Shown: positions 8,566 through 20,450, numbered from the stretch's first letter. The stretch is 25,017 nt of DNA from a virus (IMGVR_UViG_3300042890_006720:1-25017), one strand, 5' to 3'. Numbers and translations: made by a program. The notes: generated by a model not told the origin, from the sequence alone.

Positions 8566-8582
8566 AAAGGAATTGAAAAACC

Positions 8583-8754
8583 ATGAAAGCAAAAATTATT
8601 TCAGACACTTCTTTTATGACGTTAGAAGAAAGGCTCAATAACTTCCTCAATGAAGTGACAGCCAACGCATGGAAGTTATTCGATGTCAAATATGACACCT
8701 ATTATCAGCAAGGCTTCGAGCTTCATTCTGTTCTCGTTTTGTATGGAGTAGAAG

Positions 8755-8765
<11 letters not shown>
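8583..8765 (+). CDS. Small inserted protein, Cse60/DUF2758-like pattern
   Basis: 60 aa with own AAGGA RBS; K-I-I...LEERLNNFL......DVKY........SVLVLY pattern. Confidence 0.55.
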
Positions 8766-11177
<2,412 letters not shown>

Positions 11178-11194
11178 ATACTTAGGAGATAATT

Positions 11195-11629
11195 ATGTCA
11201 GTAAGAACCTATGACCCTAAGCAGGTCATCATTACAGTAGGTGGGATTCCTATGAGCGGCTTCGCTGATGGAACTTTCTTAACAGTTGATAGAGATGACG
11301 ATCAATGGACGAAAGTTACAGGGGCAGACGGTACAAGCACACGTATTAAAAGCAACAATCGTTCCGGAAGCATGACGATAACCTTAAAACAATCAAGCCC
11401 TAGCAATGATGTCCTTTCAGGATTTGCTAATGTTGATGAGTTAACCAATGCAGGCGTAGTGCCTATCTTGATCAAAGACTTGAGCGGAAATTCTCTTTAT
11501 TTCAGTGCTACTGGTTGGGTGAAGAAATATCCATCTTCTGAATTTGGTAAAGATTTAGCTAATCGCGATTGGGTTCTTGATCTAGTTGATCTGGATGTCT
11601 TTGTCGGCAGCAATGGAGTAAACGTCTAA
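11195..11629 (+). CDS. Tail tube protein (DUF3277-like)
   Basis: TYDPKQV...GG....GFADG, GADG, TITLKQSSPSN..L motifs; follows the sheath. Confidence 0.9.
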   Translation: MSVRTYDPKQVIITVGGIPMSGFADGTFLTVDRDDDQWTKVTGADGTSTRIKSNNRSGSMTITLKQSSPSNDVLSGFANVDELTNAGVVPILIKDLSGNSLYFSATGWVKKYPSSEFGKDLANRDWVLDLVDLDVFVGSNGVNV

Positions 11630-12105
11630 TGATTGAAACACGAGAAAAACACATCAATGGATCAGTTTATAGCTGTACTCAGTTACCAGCCAGAAGAGCT
11701 TTGAGGATGAAAGCAAAACTTCTGCGAATATTTGGACCCGCTTTGGCCCAATTATTCCTTCCGGGAGGCAAAGATCAAAGCATGGCCGGACTTCCTTTTT
11801 CAAAAGGAGAAGCCGTCAAAGCTATTGAATCCTTAATGTCTCAATTGGATGACAAAACATTTGAAAGTTTAGTCCTTGAGCTATGCCAAGGAGTCAGAAA
11901 AGAGGGAATGGAATTAACCGATTCTGTAATAGATGTTGAATTTGCAGGAGATCTACCCACTTTGATGCAGGTTTTGGCTTTCGTCGTGGATTGCAATTTC
12001 GGTTCTTTTTTTGGGGAGAGCGGTATTGGAGGCCTATTCAAGGAAGCAACACCGATGCCGCAGAATCGTCAGCCAGATACGAGAAAAACCTCCATACGGA
12101 ATTAA
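11629..12105 (+). CDS. Tail assembly chaperone (lambda G-like)
   Basis: Between tube and tape measure; ends its conserved part with D..FAG.L..L.QV...V...NFGSFF. Confidence 0.8.
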   Translation: MIETREKHINGSVYSCTQLPARRALRMKAKLLRIFGPALAQLFLPGGKDQSMAGLPFSKGEAVKAIESLMSQLDDKTFESLVLELCQGVRKEGMELTDSVIDVEFAGDLPTLMQVLAFVVDCNFGSFFGESGIGGLFKEATPMPQNRQPDTRKTSIRN

Positions 12106-12266
12106 AAGATGAATTCCTTCTCTGGCGATTAGTATTGGAAGGAATAGCTTCTTTAGAGGAAATCGAGCGCACATGGAATCTAGATGATCTGTTGAGGGCA
12201 AATGCTTTGCTGGATATGCGACTCGACCTGATGGAAGAATCTAAAAGGAAAAGGTCGAAGAAATGA
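12006..12266 (+). CDS. -1 frame extension of the tail chaperone (lambda GT-like)
   Basis: Open -1 frame from slippery T TTT TTT (12006-12012) encoding LLWRLV...IASLEEIE..WNLDDLLRANALLD; stop overlaps the tape measure ATG. Confidence 0.7.
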   Translation, partial: FFWGERYWRPIQGSNTDAAESSARYEKNLHTELKDEFLLWRLVLEGIASLEEIERTWNLDDLLRANALLDMRLDLMEESKRKRSKK

Positions 12267-13369
12267 CAGTCGTTAGAGAATTAGTCACTAGATTAGGTTT
12301 TCAAGTCGATCAAAGAGGCGTTGAGCAATTTAATCGCACAATCATCGGTTTTAAAACAAAATTTGCCATTGCAGCAACAGCTGCAACTGCATTTGTTGCA
12401 AAAACCCTAGACTTTTTCAATGACATTGCAAACGCTACATTAGATGCCAATGATCTTGCGAAGAGCATAGGCATTTCATTCGAAGAATTTATTAAGCTAA
12501 GAAGAGCTGCCGAAGAGTTTAGAATTGATCCAAGTAATTTTGATGCTGCCCTTTCAAGTTTGAATAAAATGCTTCAAGATGCTCAATGGGGAATGGGGCA
12601 GCTTCAAGAAATCGCTTATTACACAGGGATAGAAATTAGAGATAATTTCACTGGTGAATTGAAGAATGCTAATCAATTATTTATCGACATCCTCAAGCAT
12701 ATCAATACTCTTAGCAATGATCGAGATAAATTAAAGGTTGCTGTCGCTTTCTTCGGTGAAAAAGACGCCCAGAAATATATAGATTTTGCCAAGGCAGCAG
12801 GCGATAGCATTGGATTGCTGACAGAAAAACATACCGAATATGCTAAGGCCTTGAAAGATGGAATCCCAAGTCTAAGCCAATATTCTCGAAATCTAGCGGT
12901 TTTTAAAAATCAGCTAACACAACTGACAGAAGTTTTCGTAGTTAAGCTCTTGCCTGCCATCACTGAGGCTCTTGGAATATTCACCCAAATTTTAAATGGA
13001 GATGCTTTTAAAGGCTTTGGAGTGATTGCAGATGTCTTTTCCACAGAAGGAATTAAGGGGGGATTTTCATTTATTGCGGATGCGATCAATGAGCAAGTCG
13101 CCAAATTATTCGGTGGTGAAACTCTTAACATGGTTAAAAGGAAAGCAGCTGAAGAAGATGCCTTCTTTTTCAATGCCTTAATAGAGCAGCAAAAACTAGG
13201 AAAACTACCTGCTAATTTTAATATCAATACCAAAGTCGATATGCAAATTCCACCTGGCACAACTGAACAACAACAAACTGCGATTAAGCAATCTTTTGAT
13301 GAAGCCTTTGACAATGCCTTCATAGATAAGATTCGAGAAATTTATAACAACAATCCGCAGGTGGAATAA
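12263..13369 (+). CDS. Tape measure protein (short, 368 aa)
   Basis: N-terminal VVRELVTRLGFQVD motif, helical Ala/Leu-rich body, position after the chaperones. Confidence 0.8.
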   Translation: MTVVRELVTRLGFQVDQRGVEQFNRTIIGFKTKFAIAATAATAFVAKTLDFFNDIANATLDANDLAKSIGISFEEFIKLRRAAEEFRIDPSNFDAALSSLNKMLQDAQWGMGQLQEIAYYTGIEIRDNFTGELKNANQLFIDILKHINTLSNDRDKLKVAVAFFGEKDAQKYIDFAKAAGDSIGLLTEKHTEYAKALKDGIPSLSQYSRNLAVFKNQLTQLTEVFVVKLLPAITEALGIFTQILNGDAFKGFGVIADVFSTEGIKGGFSFIADAINEQVAKLFGGETLNMVKRKAAEEDAFFFNALIEQQKLGKLPANFNINTKVDMQIPPGTTEQQQTAIKQSFDEAFDNAFIDKIREIYNNNPQVE

Positions 13370-14013
13370 TGGTATTATCTCTACTCTTTGGAAAGAAATA
13401 TCCAAGCCCCAAAGTTGGATCGATTGATCTTGATGTTACCATTCGTGAAGAGCATCGGTTTGCTTCGCGTGTAACGAATTACCCGATTGAAGATGGTACA
13501 ATCCTATCGGATCACATTATCAACGAACCAGACATATTGGTATTGGTTGGGCTTGTTACAGATACCCCCTTAAGTGTTTTCGCTCCTTTCAACCGTTCAA
13601 TTGATGCGTTTAACCGCCTGATTGCCCTTCATCAATCAAGGCAACCAGTGACAGTGGTCACAGGATTGAAAGTTTATCAAAACATGGCCATCACAGTTTT
13701 AGATGTCCCAAGAGACATGAAAACAGGGCAATCCTTAACGTTTACCATCGAACTACAAAGGCTTGTCATAGATACCAGCGTTAGATTGCAGCTCGATCAA
13801 GGAAACGTATTTGGAGGAGTACAGAATAAGATACCCAGAGACATTGTGGCTTCAAATGCTAATTATCCCCTCATTCAAAACGATCCTATTAACAGCTTAA
13901 AAGATCAGGCGTCGAGTGGAATTAATGTTGGAGTCCAGTCCTTAATTCCTGTTCAACCGACTATTCTTCCCAATGTTTTGGCTAGCAAGAATCTAATTCT
14001 AGGGGTGGCATAA
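13369..14013 (+). CDS. Tail tube initiator / Dit-like baseplate protein
   Basis: D....EEH.....VTNYPIEDG..LSDH...EP and VTVVTGLKVYQNMAIT motifs. Confidence 0.8.
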   Translation: MVLSLLFGKKYPSPKVGSIDLDVTIREEHRFASRVTNYPIEDGTILSDHIINEPDILVLVGLVTDTPLSVFAPFNRSIDAFNRLIALHQSRQPVTVVTGLKVYQNMAITVLDVPRDMKTGQSLTFTIELQRLVIDTSVRLQLDQGNVFGGVQNKIPRDIVASNANYPLIQNDPINSLKDQASSGINVGVQSLIPVQPTILPNVLASKNLILGVA

Positions 14014-14333
14014 TGCAGATCATACCTTTTAAAGAACCAGCCCAATGGCAAGAACAGATCGAATTGGACAGCCAAACCTTTGTTTTATCCTTCAGATGGA
14101 ACGCCATGAATGAATATTGGGTTATGGACATTTTAACTCGTGATTTAGTGCCTATCATTCTAGGGATAAAAGTAGTGTCTAACTACGATTTGACCGCTCA
14201 ATTTGTCAATGATGGGAAGCCACGGGGGGAAATTGTTTGTCAAAATATCATTGGAGGAGAAGGAAAAATTCAACGGTTAGACATGGGCGAAGTGACTGAA
14301 CTCATCTATTACACTCTTGGGGAGTTCGTTTAA
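14013..14333 (+). CDS. Small baseplate protein (plug-like)
   Basis: Q.QIELD...F.L.FRWN.....W.MDI.......I..GIKVV pattern; synteny. Confidence 0.7.
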   Translation: MQIIPFKEPAQWQEQIELDSQTFVLSFRWNAMNEYWVMDILTRDLVPIILGIKVVSNYDLTAQFVNDGKPRGEIVCQNIIGGEGKIQRLDMGEVTELIYYTLGEFV

Positions 14334-15197
14334 ATGGCAAGATTTGATCGAATGGCATCTGTAGAAGTCGGGCTTAGAAATGATACTTTCAATGGTTATA
14401 TTGGAACGATCAAACTCTCAGCTTTACGTATTTCTTTCTCGATACAAAAGAATTTAGCCTGGTCAACCAATACCGCTTCTGTCAAAATTTGGAATCTCAG
14501 CCAAGAAAATAGAAACAGGATTAAGGATTATGGAGACCAAGTTATATTGTCCGCAGGATATAGGCAAGATGCAGGTGAGCAACTCCTTTTCATTGGTAAC
14601 ACCACTCAAGTCAGCCATGCCTACGATCAGCCAGAAATCGTCACTACCCTTGATTGTGGAGATGGAGAAAGAGTTCTTAATCAGAAGTCTATTACCGTTA
14701 GCTTCAAGGAAAAGGTCCCAGTGCGTCAGGTTGTCCAGACAATCGCCGATCAACTTGGGCTATCTATTTCTGAGTTTACTGCTACTGACAACGTTGTTTA
14801 TGAGCAAGGATTTGAATATGCTGGAATGGGTAAAAATGCCCTAGACAAAGCAGTTTTAAGACTTGGTTTAAGATGGAGCGTCCAAAATGGAAAGCTTCAA
14901 ATCATTCCTCAATATGGTACCACCTCAAAGCCTGCGATAGAAATTAATGCCGATACGGGCATGATTGGCATTCCTCAACGTTATACAGATAAAAGAGCGG
15001 CTGTTTATTTGGATGGCCCTCGCACTGGTTACATTGTTCAAACTACCCTTCGACCAGATATTCTCCCAGGCGATAGACTCAATATTAAATCAGAACGCAT
15101 CGGACTTAATGGCCCTTACGCTGTTTTTTCTATTAAACACGAAGGTGATCTATTTGGTCCAAATTGGCGATCAATAATGGAAGTGATTTTAGTATGA
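14334..15197 (+). CDS. Baseplate hub protein (T4 gp27 / Mu gp44-like)
   Basis: LRISFSIQK, N.A.VKIWNLS, LSAGY, WSVQNGKLQI, TGMIGIP, H.GD..G..W motifs. Confidence 0.85.
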   Translation: MARFDRMASVEVGLRNDTFNGYIGTIKLSALRISFSIQKNLAWSTNTASVKIWNLSQENRNRIKDYGDQVILSAGYRQDAGEQLLFIGNTTQVSHAYDQPEIVTTLDCGDGERVLNQKSITVSFKEKVPVRQVVQTIADQLGLSISEFTATDNVVYEQGFEYAGMGKNALDKAVLRLGLRWSVQNGKLQIIPQYGTTSKPAIEINADTGMIGIPQRYTDKRAAVYLDGPRTGYIVQTTLRPDILPGDRLNIKSERIGLNGPYAVFSIKHEGDLFGPNWRSIMEVILV

Positions 15198-15415
15198 AGG
15201 CAGAACGTTTAGAAGATTTAGGAAGAATAAGAGAAAAACTCGACCAGTTACTAAATATTGAATTTTGTGGCTGGGGCGATCAATATAAAAGGGATCAGTT
15301 TGTAAATCATTATTTAAATAACGATGATGGCTTAGAAGAATTAGGTTGGGCTTTATCAAAAGTCCGCGATGGACTCCTTGATTGTTTAACAATAGCACAG
15401 GGTGATGAAGAATGA
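15194..15415 (+). CDS. Hypothetical 73-aa acidic protein inserted between hub and spike genes
   Basis: ATGA overlaps at both ends (15194-15197 and 15412-15415); ATG 15194 preferred over 15164. Confidence 0.65.
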   Translation: MKAERLEDLGRIREKLDQLLNIEFCGWGDQYKRDQFVNHYLNNDDGLEELGWALSKVRDGLLDCLTIAQGDEE

Positions 15416-16062
15416 CAACGATCACTGATGCTTTAAGACAAGCAATTCAATTTCAGCTTTATGATGTCCATACCGCTTTGCCTGGCGTCATTGTTTCTTA
15501 TGACTATACGAAGCAAAAAGCTGAAGTCCAACCGGCATTGAAAAAGAGTTATTTAGATGGGACTACATTGGATTTGCCTATTTTAAGTAATGTCCCAGTA
15601 ATTTTTCCAAAAGCAGGCGGTGCTAGTTTGACTTTTCCAGTTGTTCAAGGTGACACCTGCTTGCTTTTGTTTATTGAAAGGAGTACAGATCTTTGGAAAT
15701 CAGTAGGAGGCAATGTAGCACCCAACGATCCAAGGAAATTCGACCTATCCGATGCTATTGCAATCATGGGGCTTTTTCCTTTTACAGAAAATTCTTTAGC
15801 TGAGAACAACTCGGACGTGCTTTTAACTTATAAAAGCTCTAATATAAGAATCAAAGAAAGTGGTGACATTCAAATTGAAACTGCTGGTAAAGTAGCGATC
15901 GGGAACACCTCTACAGAGGTTCTCGATATTGTCAGTAAAATACTAGGAATTTTGACAACCTCGGTGACAACCGCAGTTGGAAACCCAATATTCCAAGGCA
16001 CAGTGCCGACATACGCCACATTGAAAGCATCTATAGATGCTCTTAAGGGTACAATCCCTTAA
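15412..16062 (+). CDS. Baseplate spike protein (Gp138 / gpV family, N-terminal OB fold)
   Basis: HTALPG.IVSYD, VQP, LP.L.NVPV.FP..GG..LTFPV..GD.CLL.F.ERS.D.W, R.FDLSDAIAI.G. Confidence 0.9.
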   Translation: MTTITDALRQAIQFQLYDVHTALPGVIVSYDYTKQKAEVQPALKKSYLDGTTLDLPILSNVPVIFPKAGGASLTFPVVQGDTCLLLFIERSTDLWKSVGGNVAPNDPRKFDLSDAIAIMGLFPFTENSLAENNSDVLLTYKSSNIRIKESGDIQIETAGKVAIGNTSTEVLDIVSKILGILTTSVTTAVGNPIFQGTVPTYATLKASIDALKGTIP

Positions 16063-16149
16063 AAATTACTCAAGTATCCAATAGCCTTAATTAACTCAAA
16101 TACCCATCTGTAAACGTATTAGGAAACGTTTTTGAGTTAACGAGGCTTC

Positions 16150-16512
16150 ATGAAAGATATAGCGCTAGACACAACAACTGGCGATTTACTCTTACAAGAT
16201 TTTGACTTGCAATTCGTTGAGGATCAAGACCAGATCGCTCAAAATCTAGCCATTCGCTTGCGCTTTATTTTGGGAGAATGGTTCTTAGATATCACTGCAG
16301 GCGTTTCCTATTATCAAGATTTTTTCATCAAATCCCCCAATCAAATTCGAATGGAAAGTGTTCTCAAACAAGAGATTCTTTCTACTCGAGGCGTAAACCA
16401 AATTCTCAGTTTCTCAAGTAATTTTGACGATACACGGCGTATTTATTCCGTGACTTTCTCTGTGGACACTGTCCAAGGGCAAATCACGATAACGCAGGAA
16501 TTACTAACATGA
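16150..16512 (+). CDS. Baseplate wedge / sheath initiator (gp25-like)
   Basis: Q.L.IRL....GEWFLD...G..Y and IL.T.GV..I motifs. Confidence 0.85.
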   Translation: MKDIALDTTTGDLLLQDFDLQFVEDQDQIAQNLAIRLRFILGEWFLDITAGVSYYQDFFIKSPNQIRMESVLKQEILSTRGVNQILSFSSNFDDTRRIYSVTFSVDTVQGQITITQELLT

Positions 16513-18497
16513 CATTTGGTTTAACCGCTCAGGGATTTAAAGCTAAACGATTAGTCGATATTCAAACTGATTTAGAAAATCAGCTGCTCGCAGAATTTGG
16601 CGATATCAACTTAGATCCGCAATCTATATTTGGCCAGCAAATCGGAGTATTTTCAAAGGTTTTAGCCGATCTGTGGGAAAATATGGAAGATGTTTACTTC
16701 AGCCAATATCCCAACTCAGCTGAGGGAATTAGCTTAGATAACGTCGTTCAATTTAATGGCATTACACGCCTAGCAGCTCAACAAACGAGAGTAACTGGCG
16801 TATGTGTTGGATTAGAAGGAACACTGATAAATCAAGGCGCACTTGCTAGAATTCCCGATACTGGAGCCGTGTTCTTTGCTAGAGAAAACACAATTATCAC
16901 TCGAACTCAAGCAGCGGCAGCGACTCTTCAAGTGATTGCACTGGCAGCTCAACCTTATACCGCATTAATCAATAATCAAGCCTTTAGCTATTCATTACCA
17001 GTTATCACTTTCACAGGAAGCTTCGTTGCTTCTAACTCTATCGTAGTTACTTTGAATGGCGTGGCCTTAGGCGCAGTCCCTTTCACTACAAATAGCGCAC
17101 TCACAAACGCAGCCATTGCCGCAATGATTGCCACCTCTCCAGCGGTTTTCTCTGTAGGAACTCCAGCTGGTAATATAATAACTATTATTCCAAATGCTGG
17201 ATTCAATGTCATAATTAATTCAATTGTGATTACAGGCGGAGTAAGTCAGCCAACTTATGCCATAACCTATCAGATTCCTGGATCAAACAATTTATTAACG
17301 GCAGCTTTGACCTCCGTCATTAATGCAGGCACTCAACCTGTGACGGCCATAGATAATATGGACGGAACCATTACCGTAAATGCCGATGATACAGATGTCC
17401 CTTTTTCCATTGCTGTTGGAACAAATTTAAATATCACAGCACAAGCTACCCCTGTTGTTTTCTTATCTCAGGATTTTGGTCCAATTGTCGCCCCTATTAA
17501 TACTTTGACCGAAATCCTAACTCCTATTTCTGGTTGGATATCAATAAATAATCCAAAAGCTGGATTAACAGGCCGTCTTATCGAAACAGACGCAGAATTA
17601 AGAATTCGTCGAAATAATTCCTTACGATTATTAGGTGCTGGAACCGTCGAATCAATTAGAGCTAGATTGCTTCAGCAAGTTCCCGGAGTCACTTCTGCTT
17701 TCGTTTTCGAGAATAGAGATTTGACTCAAGAACCTATTTTGATCGTATTAAACCAAGATTTAGTCTCAGGCAACACAATCGTAGTTGTCCTCAATGGAAC
17801 GACCTTACCAACCGTCACCTTTGCTGTTTCTCATTTAGCCACAATGAACGTGATTGCAGCCTTAATTCAAAATCAACCTGAAGTTGTAACGGCAACCGTT
17901 GGTGGAACTGCCAATAGAACGATCACGATGAACATGGCTAGCGCTATCGAAGTGATTATGATTCCTAATGACTTTACCGTTAGTGGAGGGGCTTCACAAG
18001 CAACGGCGGTTATTAAAGGGGGAAGATTTCCAAAAAGTTTTGAAGCTGTCGTACAAGGAGGCACTGATGCTGACGTCGCAAATAAAATCTGGACCACGAA
18101 ACCAGCAGGTATCCAAACGTTCGGAAATACTGCGTTTACCATCACCGACTCACAAGGTGAATTCCAAGTCATCAATTTTAGCCGCCCCACCCCCATCTAC
18201 ATTTGGGTTACGGTTGCCTTAACTCTATATGCGGAAGAAGTGTTTCCGCCTAATGGCCAGGATTTAGTGGCGGCTGCCATTAATACATATGGATCTAACT
18301 TAGGTATAGGCGTAGACGTACTATTGCAACGTGTTCTTGCTCAGATTTTCAATGTTCCCGGCATTGCCAGCGGAGTGATGCAAATTGCATCCACAAATTT
18401 ACCAGGTGATAGTCCCCTATTCGGCACGGCAGATATCAGCATCGCAGAAAACGAAGTTGCTATCTTTGATCTAACAAGAATAACGGTGACAGTATGA
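16509..18497 (+). CDS. Baseplate J-like protein with inserted domains (662 aa)
   Basis: FGLTAQGF, P.SAEG..LD, G...ETDAELR.R, VPGV.SA.VFEN, PKSFEAVVQGG, IW..KPAGIQTFG, FSRPT motifs. Confidence 0.92.
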   Translation: MTFGLTAQGFKAKRLVDIQTDLENQLLAEFGDINLDPQSIFGQQIGVFSKVLADLWENMEDVYFSQYPNSAEGISLDNVVQFNGITRLAAQQTRVTGVCVGLEGTLINQGALARIPDTGAVFFARENTIITRTQAAAATLQVIALAAQPYTALINNQAFSYSLPVITFTGSFVASNSIVVTLNGVALGAVPFTTNSALTNAAIAAMIATSPAVFSVGTPAGNIITIIPNAGFNVIINSIVITGGVSQPTYAITYQIPGSNNLLTAALTSVINAGTQPVTAIDNMDGTITVNADDTDVPFSIAVGTNLNITAQATPVVFLSQDFGPIVAPINTLTEILTPISGWISINNPKAGLTGRLIETDAELRIRRNNSLRLLGAGTVESIRARLLQQVPGVTSAFVFENRDLTQEPILIVLNQDLVSGNTIVVVLNGTTLPTVTFAVSHLATMNVIAALIQNQPEVVTATVGGTANRTITMNMASAIEVIMIPNDFTVSGGASQATAVIKGGRFPKSFEAVVQGGTDADVANKIWTTKPAGIQTFGNTAFTITDSQGEFQVINFSRPTPIYIWVTVALTLYAEEVFPPNGQDLVAAAINTYGSNLGIGVDVLLQRVLAQIFNVPGIASGVMQIASTNLPGDSPLFGTADISIAENEVAIFDLTRITVTV

Positions 18498-18500
18498 TAA

Positions 18501-18532
18501 AGACCATTTTGCCGGCATCAACAAAATGGTCT
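18501..18532. repeat. Perfect 11-bp palindrome, 10-nt spacer
   Basis: AGACCATTTTG (18501-18511), CCGGCATCAA, CAAAATGGTCT (18522-18532). Confidence 0.8.
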
Positions 18533-18555
18533 ACACGGCCGTTTGAGAGGTTGAC

Positions 18556-19311
18556 ATGGTTAGAATAACCAATCACGTTCAAAGAGCTATTGCCCTTTTA
18601 GCGGGTCAATTTCAACAAAGCCTTGTCGATGGAGAATATAGCCGTTTTCAAAGGCTTATTCGTGCCTTTGTTACCTCAATGCAAGAAATAGACAACGTCG
18701 ATCAGGATTTGAAATTCGAACGTTCTTTGGAAACGTCGATTGGGGATCAGCTTGATGGGATTGGTCAAATTCTTGGACTCGCTCGTTTACCTGATGAATC
18801 CGATGAAGATTACAGAGAACGATTGAAATTTCAAATATTTATAAACAAGGCAAACGGAACTCCTGAAGAAGTGATTACCGTTCTCCAATTTCTCACTAAA
18901 GCGAATCAGATCCGTTATCATGAATATTATCCAGCTGCTTTTCAAATGTCTACCGATGGATTGGTTTTTCCAGTTCCTCCTGAACAACTCGTCACAGCTA
19001 TTCAATCTGTCAGTCCAGCGGGCGTTCAATACACTCCAATTACTGCAACTTATGGCGTTCCGCTTCCTTTTGTATTTAGCGGTGACCCCATCGTGGATCT
19101 ACTACTTGTCGCACCTAACGAAGCTGATCCATTTGATTTAGTAAACTTAGAAATAGACACAGGCGATCTTCTGGCTGTTCAAGCTGGCAGGGTGACTAAT
19201 CCAGATTTCGGAGGAGGATTTGCCGAATTTGGAACTCCAATTGACACCACCGGGGCAGGTCAATTAACCGAAGTCATCATGTATAACGGCTCGCAGCCCC
19301 CAACACCTTAA
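18556..19311 (+). CDS. Baseplate wedge protein (DUF2612 / gpI-like)
   Basis: L.T..GDQLDGIG.ILG..R, D..YR..L...I..N...GT, PAGV motifs; follows baseplate J. Confidence 0.8.
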   Translation: MVRITNHVQRAIALLAGQFQQSLVDGEYSRFQRLIRAFVTSMQEIDNVDQDLKFERSLETSIGDQLDGIGQILGLARLPDESDEDYRERLKFQIFINKANGTPEEVITVLQFLTKANQIRYHEYYPAAFQMSTDGLVFPVPPEQLVTAIQSVSPAGVQYTPITATYGVPLPFVFSGDPIVDLLLVAPNEADPFDLVNLEIDTGDLLAVQAGRVTNPDFGGGFAEFGTPIDTTGAGQLTEVIMYNGSQPPTP

Positions 19312-19321
19312 GGAGTTAATA

Positions 19322-19795
19322 ATGGTACTCAAACCTTCAATCTTACCAGAATGGGCTGAAAACGATGTCGTAGATCCAATATCTGGACAAAACAACGTGC
19401 TTGAACCGCCTACTGAAAAGAAATTGGAAGGTTGGGCTCGCTTAGAATTTCCTCCTCGCAATTGGTTTAACTGGTTATCCAGATACACCTATCGATGGCT
19501 TTCTTTCTTAAAACAGCAAGAAGAACAAGCTGTTTTGACAGATGGAAATGGGGTAGGTCTTTTCCCTTATGACAACGTTTTAATCACTCTAACTGCCGTC
19601 GATATTGCAAATCCCACTCGTTACATCTTTGCCATTGGAGCAAAAAAAACAGGATTAGCTCCTACTTTGACTGTTATTTCAAATAATACATTGACTCTTG
19701 GGGCTGGGACCTTAGCAGGGAACCAAATCGTAAACGGTGGAGCAGCTACCGATATTCTCGTTTGGGGCCAAACAAAAACCTACCCAACAGCGTAA
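19322..19795 (+). CDS. Tail-fibre baseplate-anchor protein (short)
   Basis: P.W.......EP...K..GW....PP..WFNW......W..FL.Q motif typical of myovirus fibre N-termini; only 157 aa. Confidence 0.72.
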   Translation: MVLKPSILPEWAENDVVDPISGQNNVLEPPTEKKLEGWARLEFPPRNWFNWLSRYTYRWLSFLKQQEEQAVLTDGNGVGLFPYDNVLITLTAVDIANPTRYIFAIGAKKTGLAPTLTVISNNTLTLGAGTLAGNQIVNGGAATDILVWGQTKTYPTA

Positions 19796-19804
19796 AGGAG
19801 ACTT

Positions 19805-20434
19805 ATGTCAGTACAAATTCCAGGTTTGCCAGTCGCTTCGATTGCCAATGATGGAGATACAACCATCATTAGACAAGGGTTAACCGATAAACAGGTGACC
19901 GTTGATAAAGTTCGCTCTATTGACATTTCTCTTTTTCCTACCTTGCCTACTGGGCAAGCAGTAGCAAGTGATCTCTTTATGGTCAGACGCGCTTCCAATA
20001 ATTATCAAATTCGATTTGATCAAGTGGGTTTGCCTGCAGGAACATTGTGTTGGTTTTATCAAAACGTGGCACCAGACGGATGGTTACCTATCAACTTTTT
20101 AGGAGATTGTGTTTTAGCTTTGCGAGGCGGTCTTTATGGCCCTGCAGGTAATACTGTAGCAGGAACTTGGCAACAGTCAGACGCTACTTTGAATATCAAT
20201 CAAATCCCTAACCATACTCACAATATCATCTGTGGCAAGGATACTGACAACACAAAAATTACTCACGTGAAAGGAACTCGAAACGATAACCCTTCACCTC
20301 GTCCAAGAGCTCCAACGGAAGGAATCGCCGGAGCTGGCACAGACGTAAATACCAATCAATGTTTACCACACAATCACGGCGCTTCTTGGAGGCCGTTAGC
20401 AGTAGTAGGAATTTTATGCCAAAAACAAGCTTAA
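19805..20434 (+). CDS. Short tail fibre / tail-collar protein
   Basis: Two N-terminal I..LP...D repeats, collar motif LPAGT..WF.Q..APDGW, TL...QIPNHTH and HNH...WRP C-terminal motifs. Confidence 0.7.
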   Translation: MSVQIPGLPVASIANDGDTTIIRQGLTDKQVTVDKVRSIDISLFPTLPTGQAVASDLFMVRRASNNYQIRFDQVGLPAGTLCWFYQNVAPDGWLPINFLGDCVLALRGGLYGPAGNTVAGTWQQSDATLNINQIPNHTHNIICGKDTDNTKITHVKGTRNDNPSPRPRAPTEGIAGAGTDVNTNQCLPHNHGASWRPLAVVGILCQKQA

Positions 20435-20450
20435 CTAAATAGGTAACTCA

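Noticed and set aside
11991-12266. Independent 91-aa gene starting at TTG 11991
   Set aside because: No convincing RBS; better explained as the -1 frameshift extension of the chaperone.
12910-13323. 137-aa minus-strand ORF and similar antisense ORFs across the module
   Set aside because: Shadows of the + strand structural genes, with no independent coding signal.
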